A stretch of 64,000 nt of DNA from Eledone cirrhosa. Taxonomy: Eukaryota. Location of the stretch: assembly GCA_964016885.1 (NCBI GenBank), contig OZ024745.1:127100001-127164000 (forward strand). Reading direction: 5' to 3'. The notes beneath the pieces were generated by a model, which did not search any database, was not told the DNA's origin, and worked only from the letters and a program-made list of their open reading frames with translations. Shown piece after piece: positions 56,719 to 64,000 of the stretch. Position 1 is the stretch's first letter; the number at the start of each line of letters is the position of its first letter. Made by a program: the position numbers and the translations under genes.

Positions 56719-56907
56719 TGGTGGATTGGCAGTATTGGTAGAGGGTCGGACGCCATGCTTTGACGCATAGAGTTACGGCCCTTGCCATTCTGAGTTCAAA
56801 TCCCGCTGAGGTTAACTTTGCCTTTCATCCTTACGGGGTCGATAAAATAAACTACCAGTAATACACTGGGATAATTGCTGGCCTTGTACCAAAAGTAGAA
56901 ACAATTG
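56719..56907 (+). mobile_element. SINE family 1
   Basis: Near full-length match. Confidence 0.85.
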
Positions 56908-57401
56908 AATGAATGAATCAGTAATCTTAGTCATGTAATAATACAGTGGGATACAATTTTGCCCTTATTTATAATTGTTTTTTAGTATCAAATTTTAACC
57001 TTTTCTCTAATCATTTTACCCTGCTGTTGTTAATCCGTCCTTTTAATATCACCTTATCCGTCACCCTTGTAGCAAATAAAGTAGCAGCAGAAACAGCAGC
57101 AGCAGTAGTAGTAGTGATGGTGGTGGTGGTGGTAGTAGTAGTAGTGATGGTGGTGGTGGTGGTAGTAGTAGTAGTGATGGTGGTGGTCGTCGTGGTAGTA
57201 GTAGTAGTGATGGTGGTGGTGGGTGTGATGGTAGTAGTAGTAGTGATGGTGGTGGTCGTCGTGGTAGTAGTAGTAGTAGTGATGGTGGTGGTGGTAGTAG
57301 TAGTAGTGATGGTGGTGGTGGTGGTAGTAGTAGTAGTGATGGTGGTGGTGGTGGTGGTGATGGTAGTAGTAGTGATGGTGGTGGTTGTGGTGGTCGTCGT
57401 C

Positions 57402-57432
<31 letters not shown>

Positions 57433-57497
57433 AAAGAGGAGGGGTTTTATAAGGGACAAAATAAAGAGCAGGTTATAAAGTGGGGGAGGAAATAAAT

Positions 57498-57559
<62 letters not shown>

Positions 57560-57874
57560 GAGGCGGGGGTAACGAAGACGGAGCTAAATTTTTCGCAGAT
57601 GTTTCCGAAACTGCAGAGGAATGTGATATTGTGCTGTGACATTGGATGGGTGTGACCATAGAATAGCGTCTGTATAAGAGACGTCGCCTTATAGCATCTC
57701 AGTGGTTTCGTCTGAAGACAAACGTGCGAGGGTTTTGTGTCACGTGTCACAGGATCTTTGACAGTGTCTTTGACAGTATGGGGTCGTAGGATTTGCAACG
57801 ATAATATTATTCCTCCTAATCATTGCTGAATGTGTGGAGAGTACAGTCACGTTTGTGCTGTGAAGACATGTTTC

Positions 57875-58170
57875 TAAGTGATTAGGGGGTTCCTTTCACA
57901 ATCATAAAGTCGTGAGTTCGATACCTGGTAGTGCGTTGTGTCCTTCAATTAAACGATTTATTTCACATTGCTCTAGTCCATCCACCAAGCAAAAAAGGAG
58001 TTGTACCTGAACCTCAAACAGTTAGTCTTGTCATACAGTGTGTCACCCTGAATCTACATGAGGACTGCGTTAAGATTACATATATTTGTTGGAATGCTCA
58101 GCCACTGACACGATAATTTCAAGAGTAGGCTGTTTCATTGAACAAAAAACTGGGACATCGTTGAAAGCGA
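57875..58170 (+). mobile_element. SINE family 2 (diverged)
   Basis: Homologue of 9528-9846. Confidence 0.7.
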
Positions 58171-58397
58171 TGGAGATCCCTCGATGACTCAATCGTTGTA
58201 AGGGTGCAGTTGTATACATTGGAATGAACTAGAGTTGCTTCCCTAGACATGTAGATATGTTCGTATGTAATGTAACAATAGGTAAGTTTTAGTTGTAACC
58301 ATGCTCAACGTTGAGATCATTGTTTTAACTATAGTCAAAGTCATTGGTAAAGTTGTAGTTATTTTGTTGTAGTCAGTCATAAGTGTGTCGTATTTTT

Positions 58398-59448
58398 TGG
58401 TTATAAGTATAGTCATTGGTTTATATTTGGTTATAAGTATAGTCATTGGTTTATATTTGGTTATAAGTATAGTCATTGGTTTATATTTGGTTATAAGTAT
58501 AGTCATTGGTTTATATTTGGTTATAAGTATAGTCATTGGTTTATATTTGGTTATAAGTATAGTCATTGGTTTATATTTGGTTATAAGTATAGTCATTGGT
58601 TTATATTTGGTTATAAGTATAGTCATTGGTTTATATTTGGTTATAAGTATAGTCATTGGTTTATATTTGGTTATAAGTATAGTCATTGGTTTATATTTGG
58701 TTATAAGTATAGTCATTGGTTTATATTTGGTTATAAGTATAGTCATTGGTTTATATTTGGTTATAAGTATAGTCATTGGTTTATATTTGGTTATAAGTAT
58801 AGTCATTGGTTTATATTTGGTTATAAGTATAGTCATTGGTTTATATTTGGTTATAAGTATAGTCATTGGTTTATATTTGGTTATAAGTATAGTCATTGGT
58901 TTATATTTGGTTATAAGTATAGTCATTGGTTTATATTTGGTTATAAGTATAGTCATTGGTTTATATTTGGTTATAAGTATAGTCATTGGTTTATATTTGG
59001 TTATAAGTATAGTCATTGGTTTATATTTGGTTATAAGTATAGTCATTGGTTTATATTTGGTTATAAGTATAGTCATTGGTTTATATTTGGTTATAAGTAT
59101 AGTCATTGGTTTATATTTGGTTATAAGTATAGTCATTGGTTTATATTTGGTTATAAGTATAGTCATTGGTTTATATTTGGTTATAAGTATAGTCATTGGT
59201 TTATATTTGGTTATAAGTATAGTCATTGGTTTATATTTGGTTATAAGTATAGTCATTGGTTTATATTTGGTTATAAGTATAGTCATTGGTTTATATTTGG
59301 TTATAAGTATAGTCATTGGTTTATATTTGGTTATAAGTATAGTCATTGGTTTATATTTGGTTATAAGTATAGTCATTGGTTTATATTTGGTTATAAGTAT
59401 AGTCATTGGTTTATATTTGGTTATAAGTATAGTCATTGGTTTATATTT
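58398..59448. repeat. Perfect 30-bp minisatellite, ~35 units
   Basis: Unit tggttataagtatagtcattggtttatatt with no variants seen. Confidence 0.95.
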
Positions 59449-59790
59449 TAGGCACAGAGGTGCAGAGGGGAAAGTCGTTTAAATCGACTCCAGTATTTTA
59501 TTCAAATTAAACTCACAAAGTTAGCTTGAGACTTCTGATATCCTTGGTCCTAGGACCACCTCCCTACTCATCTCCATCGGCACAGAGTTGGTTACCCGCA
59601 GGCGTGAGCCTCGTGAGCTGGAATGGCTCTCCCAACGCGTCTCCCTCACCATCCTCTGCGGAAACGTCTTATCTATTCTGCCAACCGGGGCTACAGCACG
59701 TGGGCCACCATTTTGTCATAATAGTGAGGGATGGGGAGAGCGGGAGAGACGGAGGCAGTAAATATAAAATCTATGACATTATTCTGATTA

Positions 59791-59972
59791 GGGCGGGGAA
59801 TTGGCAGTATCGGTAGAGGGTTGGACGCCATGCTTTCTAGCATAGTTACGTCCCCTTACGGTCTGAGTTCAAATCCCGTCGAGGTTAACTTTGCCTTTCA
59901 TCCTTACGGGAAAATAAAGTACCAGTAATGTACTGGGTTATTGCTGACCTTGTGCCTAAAGTAGAAACAATT
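59791..59972 (+). mobile_element. SINE family 1 with TSD attattctgattag
   Basis: Full-length; it is the source of the adjacent tandem array. Confidence 0.85.
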
Positions 59973-60863
59973 ATTCTGATTAGTATATAACGTATTGTTT
60001 AGTCCATATGAAACATTACATAATACCAGTAATGTACTGGGTTATTGCTGACCTTGTGCCTAAAGTAGAAACAATTATTCTGATTAGTATATAACGTATT
60101 GTTTAGTCCATATGAAACATTACATAATACCAGTAATGTACTGGGTTATTGCTGACCTTGTGCCTAAAGTAGAAACAATTATTCTGATTAGTATATAACG
60201 TAAATATTGTTTAGTCCATATGAAACATTACATAATACCAGTAATGTACTGGGTTATTGCTGACCTTGTGCCAAAAGTAGAAACAATTATTCTGATTAGT
60301 ATACAACGTATTGTTTAGTCCATATGAAACATTACATAATACCAGTAATGTACTGGGTTATTGCTGACCTTGTGCCTAAAGTAGAAACAATTATTCTGAT
60401 TAGTATACAACGTATTGTTTAGTCCATATGAAACATTACATAATACCAGTAATGTACTGGGTTATTGCTGACCTTGTGCCTAAAGTAGAAACAATTATTC
60501 TGATTAGTATATAACGTAAATATTGTTTAGTCCATATGAAACATTACATAATACCAGTAATGTACTGGGTTATTGCTGACCTTGTGCCAAAAGTAGAAAC
60601 AATTATTCTGATTAGTATACAACGTATTGTTTAGTCCATATGAAACATTACATAATACCAGTAATGTACTGGGTTATTGCTGACCTTGTGCCTAAAGTAG
60701 AAACAATTATTCTGATTAGTATACAACGTATTGTTTAGTCCATATGAAACATTACATAATACCAGTAATGTACTGGGTTATTGCTGACCTTGTGCCAAAA
60801 GTAGAAACAATTATTCTGATTAGTATACAACGTATTGTTTAGTCCATATGAAACATTACATAA
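59920..60863. repeat. 104/108-bp tandem array (9 units) derived from a SINE tail plus flank
   Basis: Units start at 59920, 60024, 60128, 60236, 60340, 60444, 60552, 60656 and 60760. Confidence 0.9.
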
Positions 60864-61623
60864 ATATGAAAAATTAAGATAAAAACAAAATTAAACAATG
60901 AGAAAAAAGGGCAAAGGGGGTAAAGAAGGGCAGATCTGGCTGTATGGGAAAGTAGAGGAAAGGAATATAAATGTTATAAGGGAGAGGAAAAGAAGGGAAA
61001 AATCGAGGATTCTTTGGCCATAGAAGACAGGGAGAGGGAAGGGATTTGGGGTTGGGGCGCGGCGGTGTTTGTAATGCGCCCAGCGGACTAAACTGCAAAG
61101 GCATTTCCGCGGATAATGGCCATTGACATACGGTGCAACATCCACCCCAAATCGCGGGGCTCCTTCCTCAGACTGATTGCTGACGTACCGATTTTGTGGA
61201 GGAGCTCGGCAGTACGGGGGTCCTAGATCACCTGAGGTCATGACGGTGACCGATGAGAAGAGGAAGCGGCCGGACAAGCCCAGGGTATATGTTTGTCTTC
61301 CTGTCTTCTGCATTGCGAACCGCAGTACCGGGTTCTGTGGCTGAAGCGACTAAGTTGAAGGCGGATATTTATGGAACCAGGAAGGATGTAAGGCAAAGAG
61401 GTCCTCAGTGGGAGATTTTAAGATTTATTATTTTTAAGTTTCAATCCAGAGAAAACTCAAAGAAACGTTAAAATGCTATATAAAAAGTAAAGAAAATTCC
61501 TCAACAAAGTATTCTAAACAGAAATTTGAATCTAAAGCATCCCATTTGAAATAGTCATCATATTTTTCATCATCGGGAAGCTGCTTTACATAATCAACGG
61601 AATTTAAACAGCTGATGTTAGCG

Positions 61624-61695
61624 TATATGAGCACATACATGTGTCTGTGTGTGTGTGCGAATGTACGTGTGTATGTATATGAGCACATATATACA

Positions 61696-61763
<68 letters not shown>

Positions 61764-62232
61764 AATGTACGTGTGTATGTATATGACCACATATATACAT
61801 ACATGCGAATGTGTGTCTGTGTGTGTGTGCGAATGTACGTGTGCATGTATATGAGCACATAGACATACATGCGAATGTGTCAGTGTGTGTGTGTGCGAAT
61901 GTACGTGTGTATGTATGTGAGCACATATACATACATGCGAATGTGTCAGTGTGTGTGTGTGTGTGTGCGAATTTACGTGTGTATGTATATGAGCACATAT
62001 ACATACATGCGAATGTGTGTCTGTGTGTGTGTGTGTGTGTGTGCGAATGTACATGTGTATGTATATGAGCACATATACATACATGCGAATGTGTGTCAGT
62101 GTGTGTGTGTGTGTGCGAATGTACGTGTGTATGTATATGAGCACATATACATACATGCGAATGTGTGTCAGTGTGTGTGTGTGGGTGCGAATGTACGTGT
62201 GTATGTATATGAGCACATATACATACATGCGT
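61624..62232. repeat. Compound ~60-bp minisatellite built from (GT)n plus gcgaatgtacgtg...gagcacat
   Basis: Direct reading. Confidence 0.85.
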
Positions 62233-62276
62233 CAATGCGTCTGTTTTTGTGTGTGTTTGTGCGCGGGCTAATGTAC

Positions 62277-62329
<53 letters not shown>

Positions 62330-62569
62330 CCTGTGGTTTGTGTATATATATATCTGTCTGTGTGATTCTGTGTGTGTTTATATGATTGTTTTTATATACA
62401 CACCGCTTTCTACGGCATTCAAATGTAGATTTAATGGGCAGCCGTAGTCGAGCAAATTTATTGCAACTTGAAACTGTCAAAAAAATATATATATATACGT
62501 ACATATATATATGTATACACACACACACACATATATATATGTGTGTGTGTGTGTATACCTATATATATG

Positions 62570-62631
<62 letters not shown>

Positions 62632-63031
62632 AGAGAGAGAAGGAGAGAGGGGGGAGGAGAGAGAATCTGCATTCACAAACTTATCGGCATGCACTCCCCC
62701 TTCTCTCTTTCTCCCTCTCTCTTATCCTCATTCTACTACTCATTCTATCACTTTTTCTCTCCTCCTTGTCCCTCCCCCCACTCTCTCTCTCCCTCTATCT
62801 TTCTCCTCCCCCTCTCCCCCCTTCTCTTTCTTACATATCTACACTTAAATATACTTTCTCTGCTTCTTCAACTTCTCTTACTCTATCAGAGTAGACAGCT
62901 GTGTTTTTGATGACGTCGGCCTAAATTTGCTTATATAAGTATATATGTGTGTATGCGTTTGTATATATATATATATATATAGGTATGTATATATGTGTGA
63001 GTATGTATATATATATATATGTATATGTATA

Positions 63032-63066
<35 letters not shown>

Positions 63067-63090
63067 TTATACACACACACATATACATAC

Positions 63091-63191
<101 letters not shown>

Positions 63192-64000
63192 CGTGTGTAT
63201 GTATATATATAAATCTACATATATATATGTGTGTGTCTGTGTGTGTGTGTATGTATATATATATATATATATATATATACAATATATATATAAATCTACA
63301 TATATATATGTGTGTGTATGTATGTATATATAAATCTACATATATATATATGTGTGTGTGTATGTATGTATATATAAATCTACATATATATATGTGTGTG
63401 TGTATATATATATATATATAAATCTACATATATATATATATGTGTGTGTATGTATGTATATATAAATCTACATATATATATGTGTGTGTGTATGTATGTA
63501 TATATAAATCTACATATATATATATATGTGTGTATGTATGTATATATAAATCTACATATATATATATGTGTGTGTGTGTATGTATGTATATATAAATCTA
63601 CATATATATATATGTGTGTGTGTATGTATGTATATATAAATCTACATATATATATATGTGTGTTTATGTATGTATATATAAATCTACATATATATATATA
63701 TGTGTGTGTGTGTGCGTGTGTATGTATATATATAAATCTACATATATATGTGTGTGTGTGTGTGTATATATAAATCTACATATATATATGTGTGTGTGTA
63801 TGTATGTATATATAAATCTACATATGTGTGTGTGTGTGTGTGTGTATATACATGTGCGTGTGAGGATGGGGTGGGGTGGGGTGAATGTCACCTTAGTATT
63901 TAGTTTATTGTGTATAGTTTCTGGTAAACACTAGAGCCAGGCTCACCCGCCACCCGTGCCCTACATAGAAACAGATCTCTCTCTCTCTCTCTCTCTCTCT

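Noticed and set aside
57560-57800. Unique-looking ORF segment MQILRPHTVKD...
   Set aside because: No recognisable domain; runs into GA and GTG/GTA repeats.
58243-59482. 397-aa and 365-aa ORFs (MTILITKYKP / VISIVIGLYL repeats)
   Set aside because: Products of a stop-free 30-bp minisatellite; no unique coding context or splice signals.
60875-61470. GC-richer block, possibly a LINE 3' end (similar blocks at 39220-39710 and 8530-8800)
   Set aside because: Could not assign a frame or motif by eye; needs a repeat-library search.

Overview
AT-rich, microsatellite-saturated animal genomic DNA. An octopod cephalopod is inferred from the repeat landscape but not proven. Almost all ORFs in the track are simple-repeat artefacts. 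The only clear host coding sequence is one exon (19838-20129, +) encoding a signal peptide and the first half of an SRCR domain. The rest is repeats: about 20 tRNA-derived SINE copies, RTE and Tx1/L1 LINE ends, a non-autonomous Helitron, hAT and piggyBac MITEs, several minisatellites and a 200-N gap. The dominant hidden structure is a dense set of Penelope-like element (PLE) remnants embedded in (TA)n. These include two GIY-YIG endonuclease fragments, many fold-back (inverted pLTR plus one-sided tail) insertions, and about 8 good plus several decayed type-I minimal hammerhead ribozyme motifs. The most striking observation is four divergent loci (about 2985-3054, 6920-6990, 30747-30817 with its mirror copy, and 41018-41074). 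They carry all hammerhead core elements in a non-circularly permuted, pseudoknotted order, supported by compensatory base changes across the helices. All folds were done by eye and no ribozyme activity is demonstrated.
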